From positions 1 through 62,370 of the forward strand of contig JAACFN010000002.1 in the NCBI GenBank assembly GCA_009937455.1: a stretch of DNA of 62,370 nt, in the 5' to 3' direction. Source of the DNA: Verrucomicrobiaceae bacterium (GTDB lineage: Bacteria > Verrucomicrobiota > Verrucomicrobiia > Verrucomicrobiales > Akkermansiaceae). Below, in pieces: positions 32,519 through 42,963 of this stretch. The notes beneath the pieces were generated by a model. That model was not told the origin of the DNA. It saw only the letters and a list, made by a program, of their open reading frames with translations, and made no database searches. Position 1 is the stretch's first letter. Each line of letters begins with the position of its first letter. Position numbers and translations under genes: made by a program.

Positions 32519-33946
32519 TTAGTGCGAGTGAAGAGCTGCTCGGTGAGCTTGCTCAGGAACAAGAGTCTTCCATGTTTCGTCACTGGCGGCAATCATTCTC
32601 TGAATATCGCGCCCAGTATACTTAAGTAGCTTCTCGTCGCCACAGGGAATGGCATGGATCATGCCATTTTCACGAAAGTGTCTGTAGAGATATTGCAGGT
32701 TCTCCGGAGTTTGAAAATTTTCAGCGGTTACCAATTCACCAGCTTTTCGATTCCCCCACGGATAGACATAAAGCGAGAGCCCGTTTTTAAAGAGTCTGCC
32801 AAAAGACTCCAGGATTCCGCCCGCTAAGCCCTCTGACCACTTCGCTTTGAATAGCTCATTGAGCAGCCCGATACTAAGCACAATACCAATGGGGCAAGTT
32901 GTGTATCGACTCAGGTAACTGGCAATTCGGTGAAACTCAGGGCAACGGGAAACAAGGACCGTCTTTCCAAGTGCCTGAAGAGCATCTGCCCTATCAAGGA
33001 AAGCGAGATGGTCAACCTTACCTGCGTCATCACCATCTCCTTTGCGCAATAGGTTATTCATGGAAATCTCACAAAGCTCGACCGCATTGCCTTGCTGCTC
33101 GGCATCCAGAACCTTGCTGAACTCATCACGAGTCTGACAAAGCATATCGAGGTGCAGATTGGTTACTGGATTGAAACTACCACGAAGTAGAATGATCGGC
33201 TTATTGTAGAGCGCCTCGGCAGGCTGAACCACTTCACCATTCGGTAAAAACATCGCCGCTGCGGTCAGGCCGCTGTTCACCAACTGCAGGTGACAAAGTC
33301 GATTATCGATCATCTTAAAGCCCTCACCACTGAACTTCAACATATCCACCTCAACACGATCATTGGTCAAGCCGTCCATGAGGGACTCGACAAAGAGAGA
33401 CAGTTGATCTCGATGGTAAAAAGCAGCGTAAATGAGATTCACACCCATGATACCCAGTGCCTCCATTTGGTCAAAATTCTCCTCATCAAGTAAACGTACG
33501 TGAATGAGTATCTGGCACGGATCCTCTTGGGGGCGGAGCTGGAGTCGAATTCCCAGCCAGCCGTGACATTCACCTGTGTCTTGGTAGCCACGGGCACGCA
33601 CAGTATTAGAAAAAGTAAAAAAGGCAGAGTCAGAGCCACGTTTCTCTTTCAAACGCTCAACAAGCAAATTGTATTCATACTCCAGCATCGCATTGAGACG
33701 ATCGCGGGAGACGTAGCGCTTGGACTTGCCGTAGATGGCATCGCTCATAGTCATGTCATAAGCGGATATGGTTTTAGCCAAGGTCCCCGCCGTACCAGAT
33801 GCCCTGAAAAACCAATTGGCTACCTCTTGGCCAGCACCAATCTCAGCGAAGCTACCGTATTTCTCTTCGTCAAGGTTGATACGAAGTGCTTTATCATAAG
33901 TAGAAGATATTTCCCTAGTGTCCATAGTGCTTTGTGAGTTGTTCAT
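32519..33946 (-). CDS. conserved protein with CinA-C-like N-terminus and nucleotidyltransferase (NMNAT/NadD-like) domain
   Basis: AEIGAGQEVA...SAYDM N-terminus; RGSFNPVTNLH signature; start moved to 33946 to avoid overlap. Confidence 0.6.
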   Translation of the reverse strand: MNNSQSTMDTREISSTYDKALRINLDEEKYGSFAEIGAGQEVANWFFRASGTAGTLAKTISAYDMTMSDAIYGKSKRYVSRDRLNAMLEYEYNLLVERLKEKRGSDSAFFTFSNTVRARGYQDTGECHGWLGIRLQLRPQEDPCQILIHVRLLDEENFDQMEALGIMGVNLIYAAFYHRDQLSLFVESLMDGLTNDRVEVDMLKFSGEGFKMIDNRLCHLQLVNSGLTAAAMFLPNGEVVQPAEALYNKPIILLRGSFNPVTNLHLDMLCQTRDEFSKVLDAEQQGNAVELCEISMNNLLRKGDGDDAGKVDHLAFLDRADALQALGKTVLVSRCPEFHRIASYLSRYTTCPIGIVLSIGLLNELFKAKWSEGLAGGILESFGRLFKNGLSLYVYPWGNRKAGELVTAENFQTPENLQYLYRHFRENGMIHAIPCGDEKLLKYTGRDIQRMIAASDETWKTLVPEQAHRAALHSH

Positions 33947-33959
33947 TGCGCCAACTTCA

Positions 33960-35243
33960 TCAGTGTTCGCTGGATGACCCTGCTTCATGATTTGATGAAA
34001 CGGGGCGAACCCATCCAGATTGTATATGCTCGATGATAGACACCTGATTACCCACTGGGCTATTTTGAGGATAGCTGATTTTGAGGGTCACTGGGAGTTC
34101 CTCTCCCCTGACGAGATCTGTAATAAAACGATGAAATTGGGGCAATTCTGAATCAATATATCCGTAAATTGACTTATCTGAATCTGGATGTGAAAGCCGA
34201 ACAGCAAACCACTTGGTGCTATCATTGAACACTCTATTGTAATAGTTCACACGTTTGCACAGCACCCTGACTTCAACTGGATCAGTCGGCCGAAGATCGA
34301 ACAACTCTTGCCAGTTAACCGATGTCCACGCCACCCAGCTTTCCCAATCAACTTTGTAACCAGCTGCCGTCTGCACCACTACTATTTTTTTGATTTCAAA
34401 ATTATCGAGCTGCACATCCATGGTAATGGTATCACCGTTAATGGTGATATTATTTTTATGACCCACAACCCTCACGCCCGGAGTGACCCAAGGATCTCTA
34501 TGATACCATGCCCGCATGCGGGGAATGGAAACCTGCGGCGTTCGAATGAGAGCTTCCACATCAGTTTCTGTTTTAGCTTCAAGGAACTCAACGACTACTT
34601 TTTTCGACTCCTTCACCATGCGGCTCTCCTTAGCCTGCCGATTATCGATTGGCCTAATATCTTTTTGCAGCTCAGTATCTTTCTGCAGCTCAGCTGCCGA
34701 ATCTGATGCATCATAATCAACATCGTCATCGATGGACTGAACCATCAACCAAATACTCACTACCACAATGCTCACCCCCAACAGCGAGCCGCTAAGTATC
34801 CATGTGAGCGCACTAATCGGCTCTGCTGCAGCTGCGGGGCGATCTTGCTCCCATGCTGGCAACCCTGGGAAATCATCGTCCTGCTCGCAAGAATCATCTA
34901 CTAGCTGTTTAGGCTGCGAGCTTACATCACGAGGCTCAAAGTCATCAACGGGAACGAGATCATTATCTATACCATCACCTGTATCCCCGGGTGCTTCCTT
35001 GAACATCATGTCGCCGATATCCTTTTTGAGCCCATGTCTGGAAACCGATGCCTTGCTGGACGCTTGCGCTCTGGCATTAGCTACCATTCTGCGCTGGTCA
35101 ACACTCGGAATTTGCAAAAGGTGAGCACAAGCTGGGCAAACCACCCCTGCCCCGTTGTGATTCATCGGCACACGAAAAACAAAACGGCAAACTGGGCATA
35201 CTAGCCCTTCCCAATTTTGTTTTGCGTTACCTGTCTCGGGCAT
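33960..35243 (-). CDS. hypothetical membrane protein with N-terminal zinc ribbon
   Basis: CPVC..CPAC, acidic linker, one TM (WILSGSLLGVSIVVVSIWLMV), C-terminal globular domain. Confidence 0.75.
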   Translation of the reverse strand: MPETGNAKQNWEGLVCPVCRFVFRVPMNHNGAGVVCPACAHLLQIPSVDQRRMVANARAQASSKASVSRHGLKKDIGDMMFKEAPGDTGDGIDNDLVPVDDFEPRDVSSQPKQLVDDSCEQDDDFPGLPAWEQDRPAAAAEPISALTWILSGSLLGVSIVVVSIWLMVQSIDDDVDYDASDSAAELQKDTELQKDIRPIDNRQAKESRMVKESKKVVVEFLEAKTETDVEALIRTPQVSIPRMRAWYHRDPWVTPGVRVVGHKNNITINGDTITMDVQLDNFEIKKIVVVQTAAGYKVDWESWVAWTSVNWQELFDLRPTDPVEVRVLCKRVNYYNRVFNDSTKWFAVRLSHPDSDKSIYGYIDSELPQFHRFITDLVRGEELPVTLKISYPQNSPVGNQVSIIEHIQSGWVRPVSSNHEAGSSSEH

Positions 35244-35325
35244 AAAAAAACAATGTTCTAGTGAGAATGAAAACTCAAGTCAGCAGTTGTGCTAAATGGG
35301 CACACATAAGCAAATTAAGCTTAGC

Positions 35326-37770
35326 TTAATCTTCATAGATTTCGATGCGCTGGGGACGATCTAGAACAATCCCTGCTGCACTGTCTTCAATGTCTAGCTG
35401 ATCAAAGTTCATCATGAGACTATTCTGATAAGCTGTCCGTTGTTCTCTGGGCGCAAAATCTGGCTGCTCGGTACCATAGGGATCACCACCGAGTAAAACT
35501 GGTTGCTTGGGTTGGATGGGAATAACAGGAGAATGACTAACTTGTTTTTCATCCGAATCAAAACCATCATGATTTGCAATGGCTGGGTCAATCACTCCGT
35601 GCACGTCACAGTAGCCTGTAGGCTGAGATTCTTTAGTGAACAGTTCCTCAACCGTGGTTGATTGATAGGACTCCGCTCCAGTAAGCTCATTTCGTTGGTA
35701 TTTCTGGCAGTAGCGTGTCCCTCGCAAACCTGTGGCAGAGCAAACTTCTAGGCGCGAAACTGAGTGAGGCTGAGTCATCTCTCGACCCGAGAAATCTGGC
35801 AAAGCTGCATTCATTGCCTTCACCCAAACAGGCAATAATGTCTCCCTGCTGAATGCTCCCGTGTAAATAGCTTTTCTTGAGCCGTGCACAAACCCCATCC
35901 ACAAACCGCAGGTAACACGGCTATTGTATCCGATGAACCAATTATCAGCAAAATCATAGGTAGTTCCGGTTTTACCAGCAAGGGATGCATCACTGGCCAA
36001 TGCTGCAATGCCTGATTTACCCGTGCCTTCCGTTAAGGAACTCTGCAGCATACTATTCATGATATAAGCAGTTTCACGGCTAATAACACGTTTGTCGCCC
36101 TCACTATTGGCACTGATTGCTTTGTAACGGATAACCCCTTTAGGTCCAACAACACGATCGATAAAAGAAGCCGGCTTAGGTGCATAACCAGCCCTCGCGA
36201 AGGTTGCGTATGCATTTACCATCTCAGGAAGTGAAACATCATCAGCACCGACGAGCATCCGCGCTAGCAGTTTTGTTTCTGGGAGAGAGAGTCCAAACTT
36301 ACGAGCTGTCGCCATCACACGACCCAAACCGACTTCTTTTCCTAAGCGAACAGACGCTGCAATTTTAGAAACTTCCATGGCTCGACGCATGCTAATGTCG
36401 CCCTCATACTTTGGCTGCAAGGTCTCCATACCCCACTCTCCTAGGATACCCTCACGCCCATCAACCATCACCGCACGATTGTCCATGGGGCGATCTATCA
36501 GTCTGGTTACCGGCGACATTCCATTCTCTAGCGCCGCAGTGTAGATGAAGGGGAAAAACGCCGTGCCTGAGGGCTTACTGCCTGACTCTACAAAATCATA
36601 CTGGCTATGCGTAAAATCCCTGCCGCCAATATAGGCTAATACTGAGCCACTCTCATTATCGATCATGTAGCCTGCCCCTTGAAGGTAATTGGGCTTACCG
36701 TCTCGTTTTCGATATGAATCATAAAGCGGCTGCTCATAGAGTTCATGTGATTCCGCGATGGAGAGCTGCCTCAAAAGACTTTTTTCCATCGCCTGCTGAA
36801 CATCGAGATCGATGGTAGTGTAGATCTTAAATCCCCCTTCTGTGAGCGCGTCTTCGCCAAGCCGAGAACGAACCGCATTAGCAATTCTCTCATAGAGATG
36901 GGAAGTGCCTCGGCGGATTGGGTTTGGCCTCACAACAACGGGAGTATTTCGGTATATCTTGCCCTCCTTGGAAGAAATAAAACCCTCGTCAGCCATCCTC
37001 TGTAACACCTGGTCTCTCGCCTTTTTATTCTCCTTTAAATTATTGAGCGGAGAAATTCTGGTAGGGTTTTTGATGCAGCCCACAAGTGACGCGCACTCCA
37101 TTGCAGAAAGATCACGTGGCTCTTTTCCAAAGTAACCAAGAGACGCTGACCGGATACCGTAGAAGCCACTCCCGAAAGGAATACGATTAAGATAAAACTC
37201 GAGGATTTCCTCTTTACTGTATGTTTTTTCAATGCGCAGTGCGAGGAAGGCCTCAACCGCTTTGCGCTCCAAGCCGCCCTCACCTCGCTTGTCGGCTTCT
37301 TGCTTGAGATGAAATGCGTTGCGTGCCAGCTGCTGGGTAAGTGTGCTGGCTCCTTGGGTCTGGCGGCCAGCTTTTAAGTTGATATAGAGAGCCCGAATCA
37401 CGCCAATTCGGTCAACCCCATCATGCTGAAAAAACCGCTGATCTTCGCCTGCAACCAGCGCATTAATCATCACCTTTGGCACATCCTTGATGCTGATCTT
37501 ATCGCGATTCTCAACAAAAATACGACCTAACTCACGCCCCTTGCGATCTAAGATAAGACTCTTCACCTCAACATTGTCTATCTCATCGAGATTGTAAATT
37601 TCCGCCCGATCCCGAAATTTCTTCGTCTTTTGATCAAAAACCCAAAAGGCCAAGAGCCCGAGGATCAAACCGGCGACAAAAAGATACAGCAGCCATTTTA
37701 GCTTGAAGAATCGCTTTTTACGGCGCTTGTTGCCCGTGCTAGCACGAGCTCTGCCATTACTGCTATCCAT
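35326..37770 (-). CDS. class A penicillin-binding protein (PBP1A-like)
   Basis: TM anchor; glycosyltransferase motifs EDQRFFQHDG, GASTLTQQLARN, RKAVE, KEEILEFYLN; KTGTT; SxxK degenerate. Confidence 0.9.
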   Translation of the reverse strand: MDSSNGRARASTGNKRRKKRFFKLKWLLYLFVAGLILGLLAFWVFDQKTKKFRDRAEIYNLDEIDNVEVKSLILDRKGRELGRIFVENRDKISIKDVPKVMINALVAGEDQRFFQHDGVDRIGVIRALYINLKAGRQTQGASTLTQQLARNAFHLKQEADKRGEGGLERKAVEAFLALRIEKTYSKEEILEFYLNRIPFGSGFYGIRSASLGYFGKEPRDLSAMECASLVGCIKNPTRISPLNNLKENKKARDQVLQRMADEGFISSKEGKIYRNTPVVVRPNPIRRGTSHLYERIANAVRSRLGEDALTEGGFKIYTTIDLDVQQAMEKSLLRQLSIAESHELYEQPLYDSYRKRDGKPNYLQGAGYMIDNESGSVLAYIGGRDFTHSQYDFVESGSKPSGTAFFPFIYTAALENGMSPVTRLIDRPMDNRAVMVDGREGILGEWGMETLQPKYEGDISMRRAMEVSKIAASVRLGKEVGLGRVMATARKFGLSLPETKLLARMLVGADDVSLPEMVNAYATFARAGYAPKPASFIDRVVGPKGVIRYKAISANSEGDKRVISRETAYIMNSMLQSSLTEGTGKSGIAALASDASLAGKTGTTYDFADNWFIGYNSRVTCGLWMGFVHGSRKAIYTGAFSRETLLPVWVKAMNAALPDFSGREMTQPHSVSRLEVCSATGLRGTRYCQKYQRNELTGAESYQSTTVEELFTKESQPTGYCDVHGVIDPAIANHDGFDSDEKQVSHSPVIPIQPKQPVLLGGDPYGTEQPDFAPREQRTAYQNSLMMNFDQLDIEDSAAGIVLDRPQRIEIYED

Positions 37771-37890
37771 TACTGATATCCGTTACTGATATGCTTTTCA
37801 ACCATTGCTAAAACATGTTTGATGGCAGCGGCAACACTAGCGATCGCCCTCTCCAACAACTTCTTATATCCATACCCTCAGAAGCAACCA

Positions 37891-38997
37891 ATGGCAACCC
37901 CCGCTTTCACAAACAGCAATAACCCGCTGAGGGATAAAATAGCTCACCTGATCAGGCGGAACGGGCCTATCCCATTCCGCGATTATATGGAAATGGCACT
38001 CTTTGATGAAGATCATGGATACTACACCTCAGACTCGCAAACAGTGGGCAAAGACGGTGATTTCATTACTAGCGTGAGCGTCGGCCGCTGCTTCGGTTTG
38101 ATCCTGGCGCGCCGGCTTATTGCATTCTGGCAGCAAGTGAACATGCCCAGCTCCTTTTCCATTATTGAGCCCGGGGCGCACAACGGTGCTCTCTGTGCTG
38201 ATATTTTGCGGGAAATCCAAATGCAGTCACCTGAATTTTTTGATGCCCTACACTACCACTTAGTCGAAGCCAGTGACCATATGCAGCGAGAGCAGCAGAG
38301 CAAACTCGCAGATGACTTCAAAGGAAAGTTTTCATCTCATCGTTCGCTCTCCGATATTCACGCCGATCATGGTGCCGTCATATCCAACGAACTCATCGAT
38401 GCCTTTCCGGTAGACTTAATCAAATTCAAAGACGAAAAATGGCAACAGCTCTATGTTGACGAGCTCAATGGCGAACTGGAGTTTATCGAAAAGGCAATTC
38501 ATGGCACCGAACTGGCCAATTTCTGCCAATCACTAGGGAATGAATTTCCAAATGAATACCTCACCGAGTTCAGCCCAGGAATACCAGACTTGGCCCAACA
38601 AGCCTCAGCCGCGCTCAAGTCAGGACTGATGATAACCATTGATTACGGTTACCGTGCGGAGGATTACTACCACCCCAGTCGCAGCAGCGGCACATTGCAA
38701 ACATACTATCAGCATCAAAAGTCAGACGACCCTCTGGAATGCCCTGGAGAGCTTGACATCACCTGCCACGTTGATTTTTGCCGCATCACAAAAGCATTGG
38801 CAACTGCAGGCTTTTCAAATCCCACCTTGTCCTCTCAAGCAAGCTACCTCACTACACACGGCACAGACTGGCTCATCGAGATTGAGACCAAATTCGATGA
38901 ACTCGAAGAAGCTCCTGCACTGTTGCGCCAGTTTCAAACCCTGACTCATCCCGCGATGCTTGGTAGTAAGTTCATGGTTCTGGAGATGATAAAATGA
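37891..38997 (+). CDS. SAM-dependent methyltransferase, MidA/NDUFAF7 family
   Basis: FRDYMEMAL...GYY, GDFITS, EPGAHNG, SNELIDAFP, IDYG, DITCHVDF. Confidence 0.9.
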   Translation: MATPAFTNSNNPLRDKIAHLIRRNGPIPFRDYMEMALFDEDHGYYTSDSQTVGKDGDFITSVSVGRCFGLILARRLIAFWQQVNMPSSFSIIEPGAHNGALCADILREIQMQSPEFFDALHYHLVEASDHMQREQQSKLADDFKGKFSSHRSLSDIHADHGAVISNELIDAFPVDLIKFKDEKWQQLYVDELNGELEFIEKAIHGTELANFCQSLGNEFPNEYLTEFSPGIPDLAQQASAALKSGLMITIDYGYRAEDYYHPSRSSGTLQTYYQHQKSDDPLECPGELDITCHVDFCRITKALATAGFSNPTLSSQASYLTTHGTDWLIEIETKFDELEEAPALLRQFQTLTHPAMLGSKFMVLEMIK

Positions 38998-39085
38998 GCC
39001 TGCATTGATGAGCATCATCTTGTTATGATGATAAATAAATTCGCTATGCTTTGACAATTGTGGGCTCTGACATTACACGCGCGGC

Positions 39086-40690
39086 ATGGCGAAAAAACGT
39101 ATTCTCGTATCGGACCCCATCTCAGACAAGGGTGTTGAACTACTGAGTAACCACCCAGATTTGGAAGTTGATGTAAACACCGGCCTAAGCCCGGAGGAGC
39201 TCATCAAGATTATTCCAGCATACCATGGTCTGATTATTCGTTCCCAAACGAAGGTCACAGCCGATGTTCTTGCTGCAGCCACAGAGCTCAAAGCCGTTGG
39301 CCGAGCTGGCGTAGGCGTTGACAACGTTGATCGTGACTCAGCCACCAACCACGGTGTTATCGTCATGAACACGCCGACAGGCAATACCATCTCCACTGCT
39401 GAGCTCGCTTTCACTCTCATGCTTTCTGCTGCGCGTAACATCGGCCCTGCTCATGCCGAAGTCCTCAAAGGCAATTTCAAAGCTGCCCGCAAGGCCTATG
39501 CCGGAATTGAGCTTAATGAAAAGCGCCTCGCCGTCATTGGCATGGGACGCATCGGAGCTGAGTTTGCCAAGCGTGCTCAAGCCTTTGGCATGCAAGTTGT
39601 CGCTTACGACCCCTTCCTGACCCAAGCTCGGGCCGACCAACTGAAAGTCGAACTCGCTGCCAGCCCAGACGAGGCACTTACAGGCGCTGATGTTGTAACA
39701 CTACACGTGCCACTTACCGACGACACGCGCCACATCATTAACAGCGAACGACTCGCTCTGATGAACAAGGGCGCCCTGATCGTCAACTGCGCTCGCGGCG
39801 GACTCATTGATGAGCCAGCCCTCAAGGCCGCTATCGATTCGGGTCATGTAGCTGGCTGTGGACTTGACGTCTTTGAAGATGAACCCCCTGCAGCGGATCA
39901 TATTCTTTTTGCCCAAGAAAAACACATTGCGTTCACACCGCACCTCGGAGCCTCCACTAATGAAGCTCAAGAAAATGTCGGCATCCAGGTTGCAGAGCAA
40001 TTACGTGATTTCCTCACCACTGGAGAAATTCGCAATGCCATCAACATGCCTTCACTCGACGCAGGAGCCCTACAACAAATCGGCCCTTACCTCGATCTGG
40101 CCAACTCCCTTGGCAAATTCCTTGCCAAATTAGGACCCGCCAATCCCGACTCTCTGCGCATCTCCTATCACGGAGAAATAGCCGATAAAGATACCGCCCT
40201 GATCTCTCGCACAGCACTTACCGGATACCTTGAGGCTGCGCGTCCCGAGGGTCAGGTCAATATTGTCAATTCGCCGGCAGTTGCCCATGATATGGGCTTA
40301 GAACTGGTTGACTCAGTCATCAATGCCAAAACCGAATACAACGAGTTAATTGTCGCAGAGCTCACCAAAGACGGTAAAAAATTCCGTGTTTCTGGCACTA
40401 TTATCGGCAAATCACCACGAATCGTTGAAATCGATCGCCTCTTTGTCGATACCAACATCAAGGGTCATTTCCTCATTGTTCGCAACGATGACCGCCCCGG
40501 TATCGTGGGGCTTGTCGGTAGTTCACTGGGTGAGGCTGGGCTCAATATCGCCAACCTTTCACTCGCACGCAACAAAACCGCGGGAGATGCCCTCAATGTC
40601 ATTGAATTGGATACAGCTCCAGGGCCAGAAATCATCCAGTCTCTCAGTGATGCTCCAGGAATAATATCAGTCACTGCGGTGAAAATATAA
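39086..40690 (+). CDS. serA: D-3-phosphoglycerate dehydrogenase
   Basis: RAGVGVDN, GMGRIG, NCARGG, TPHLGAST, C-terminal ACT (DRPGIVG). Confidence 0.96.
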   Translation: MAKKRILVSDPISDKGVELLSNHPDLEVDVNTGLSPEELIKIIPAYHGLIIRSQTKVTADVLAAATELKAVGRAGVGVDNVDRDSATNHGVIVMNTPTGNTISTAELAFTLMLSAARNIGPAHAEVLKGNFKAARKAYAGIELNEKRLAVIGMGRIGAEFAKRAQAFGMQVVAYDPFLTQARADQLKVELAASPDEALTGADVVTLHVPLTDDTRHIINSERLALMNKGALIVNCARGGLIDEPALKAAIDSGHVAGCGLDVFEDEPPAADHILFAQEKHIAFTPHLGASTNEAQENVGIQVAEQLRDFLTTGEIRNAINMPSLDAGALQQIGPYLDLANSLGKFLAKLGPANPDSLRISYHGEIADKDTALISRTALTGYLEAARPEGQVNIVNSPAVAHDMGLELVDSVINAKTEYNELIVAELTKDGKKFRVSGTIIGKSPRIVEIDRLFVDTNIKGHFLIVRNDDRPGIVGLVGSSLGEAGLNIANLSLARNKTAGDALNVIELDTAPGPEIIQSLSDAPGIISVTAVKI

Positions 40691-40874
40691 AAACCCCCTT
40701 ATTTTTCCCTGAAATAGACTTTACACAGAAGCGAATCCGAGTATTTTGCGCCTCCCTAGTCGCTCTGAGAGCCGTGATTGCATCACCATCTCTTGTCCGG
40801 CTGACAGCAGAATCCAACCACAGATATCGGATTTAACCCTGCAACACCAACAAGCTCTGTAACCCATTTCCATT

Positions 40875-41039
40875 ATGAAAGTTCTCTCATCCCTTTTGTC
40901 CATGAAGAAGCGCCACGAAGACTGCCAAGTCGTAAAGCGCAAAGGCACCCTCTACGTCATCTGTAAGAGCAACCCTAAGTTCAAGGCACGCCAAGGCGCA
41001 ACCAAAGGAACTCGCCTCAGTAAAAAAGGCGTGAAGTAA
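40875..41039 (+). CDS. rpmJ: 50S ribosomal protein L36, C-minus (type B) form
   Basis: Below ORF-track cutoff. [54 protein letters not shown] (54 aa). Confidence 0.95.
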   Translation: MKVLSSLLSMKKRHEDCQVVKRKGTLYVICKSNPKFKARQGATKGTRLSKKGVK

Positions 41040-41069
41040 AACCACCAAGGTTTTACAACAACACATTTC

Positions 41070-41110
41070 AACCTCGCCCCGAGAATTCGGCGCGGGGTTT
41101 TTATTTTTTG
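41070..41110. terminator. terminator between convergent rpmJ and lipoprotein gene
   Basis: aacctcgc..cgagaattcg..gcggggttt + T-run. Confidence 0.6.
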
Positions 41111-41847
41111 ATGCCCGCGCCGTCTCGTTTGGCTCGCATTCGAGCTGCCAGGACATAACAGCTCCAAATAGTTGCCGCTATAAACAACGCAACCAGGACG
41201 AACACCCACCAAGGAATGGGGATGGGCGCTGTCAAGGTCATGATGATGGGTGATGTGCTGCTATCGACCAACTTATGGCTCCACTTGAGGGTTCGCCCCT
41301 CATTGAGCACTTCATGGGCATTACTGCTAACGACGGCATCTGGTAAGTGGACTGTGTAGCGAAATGCTGAGTCCCCGAGCATAGATGCCCCGTTGGGCCC
41401 AAGATACTCATCTAATAATGGCTCTAGTTGAACCTCCCGGATTAGCTTCACACTGAGCCCCTCAATACTAACTATCATGCGTCCAATAATCGCATGTAAA
41501 ATTTTATCACCCTTACTCATTTCAAGGTCTGGGTCATGCTCAGCAAGGACTCCCTCCAAAGCCATGACATCATCAGTCTCAATTTCAAAAGTGATGACTC
41601 GGTTACCCTTTTGCTTTTCAACCTTATTGGTAAGCAGTTTGAGATTTTTTGAGCTGCCTACCTCCTTCTCAATACTCAACCTCAAATCTTCAGCATCTTG
41701 AACTGATAGCAACAACGTAGGCACACGGTAGATCGCCAACACCCGAGCACCTCCGTCTGCACGGAGAAAGATTTCCTCGTCGCCATCAATGCAGCCACTA
41801 AGAAGCAGTAACGCTGCACAGAGCAAAGCATTCAAAAGATATTTCAT
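41101..41847 (-). CDS. hypothetical lipoprotein with C-terminal TM anchor (LppM-like)
   Basis: LLSGC lipobox, YTVHLP..V.SSNA...TLKW, C-terminal PWW hydrophobic helix. Confidence 0.65.
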   Translation of the reverse strand: MKYLLNALLCAALLLLSGCIDGDEEIFLRADGGARVLAIYRVPTLLLSVQDAEDLRLSIEKEVGSSKNLKLLTNKVEKQKGNRVITFEIETDDVMALEGVLAEHDPDLEMSKGDKILHAIIGRMIVSIEGLSVKLIREVQLEPLLDEYLGPNGASMLGDSAFRYTVHLPDAVVSSNAHEVLNEGRTLKWSHKLVDSSTSPIIMTLTAPIPIPWWVFVLVALFIAATIWSCYVLAARMRAKRDGAGIKK

Positions 41848-41928
41848 CGCTGATGATACGCTGAACCAATCCTTACGCTCTGCAACCATGAAAAGCTCTG
41901 ATCCCGTCAGAGTCACTTTGCCAAGGTC

Positions 41929-42963
41929 TTATGGTAGACGCGTCAACTCACAGCTGTGGGCTGAAAAACCGGCACCAAAGGCACACATCCAAACATGCTC
42001 CACATCTGATGGCGCTGATGACTCTTGCTCAAGAAACCGCTCTAATGCCACTAAAACACTAGGGCTACTCAAATTGCCATAATCACGCATCACACCGCGA
42101 GCCAAACTCAGCTCACCCGCCGGCAATGCCTTTTCAAGTGCCTCAATCACATCTCGCCCGCCCCCGTGTGTCACCCACGCCTGCGGCTCTTTCCGACGTT
42201 TTTGATAAAGTGCTTTAACCGTCTTTCCTGCCAACTCGGGCACACTTCGGTCGAGCTGATTTCTCAACCTCCCCCCAGCATTGGTAAACCTAATTTTTTC
42301 CCGTTCCTCTGGGATGTGCAAACTGGCAAAATCCTGAACTTTCCAGCTGCCTCCGCTTCCGGACCAGACGGCCGCGGCTGCGCCATCACCGAACAAGCAG
42401 GTTGAGATCAACACTCCAAAATCATCTTCCACATAGAAGGCCGCCGAGCAAACCTCAACAGCGACCGTGAGAATCACAGCGTCTGGATTGCGCGCAATCA
42501 CGCCATCCGCTGCACGCATTAACGGAACTGCTGCACCACAGCCTAAGCCCGTCATGTCTTGTAAAAAAACATCTGCTCGTAAGCCCAACCGCTCAGCGAG
42601 GTGGCTACTCACCCCCGGGCAAAGATAGCCCGTACAGGAAGAAACAAAAACCGCATCAATTTCATCTAAACGATGACCGCTTTTCGCTAAAGCATTTCGA
42701 ACGGCATCGGCGGCAAGGTCTGGAGCCTCCTGCTCGTAGGCCTCATTGAGCTCTTGGGCACCTCTGCGCCATGCTTCTTCCAATGAATCCAGGGCGAAAT
42801 GTCGCTTTTGAATACCACTCTCTCCCGCCAACACTTTTTCTAGCACCATCCTCGAGCGACCCGTCAGGCCCTGCCAAAAATCGGCACCCTTCATTGCATC
42901 TAAGCACTCCAGCTGAGTAAAACGATTACTCGGAAATGCACTACCTACCGCTATTAAATTCAT
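41929..42963 (-). CDS. type III polyketide synthase
   Basis: SSCTGY, catalytic Cys (GLGCG), LFGDGAAA, His (HGGG), Asn (YGNLSS), FGAGFS. Confidence 0.92.
   Translation of the reverse strand: MNLIAVGSAFPSNRFTQLECLDAMKGADFWQGLTGRSRMVLEKVLAGESGIQKRHFALDSLEEAWRRGAQELNEAYEQEAPDLAADAVRNALAKSGHRLDEIDAVFVSSCTGYLCPGVSSHLAERLGLRADVFLQDMTGLGCGAAVPLMRAADGVIARNPDAVILTVAVEVCSAAFYVEDDFGVLISTCLFGDGAAAAVWSGSGGSWKVQDFASLHIPEEREKIRFTNAGGRLRNQLDRSVPELAGKTVKALYQKRRKEPQAWVTHGGGRDVIEALEKALPAGELSLARGVMRDYGNLSSPSVLVALERFLEQESSAPSDVEHVWMCAFGAGFSAHSCELTRLP

Noticed and set aside
37770-37793. TTACTGATAT direct repeat before the PBP start
   Set aside because: Only two short copies, no further support
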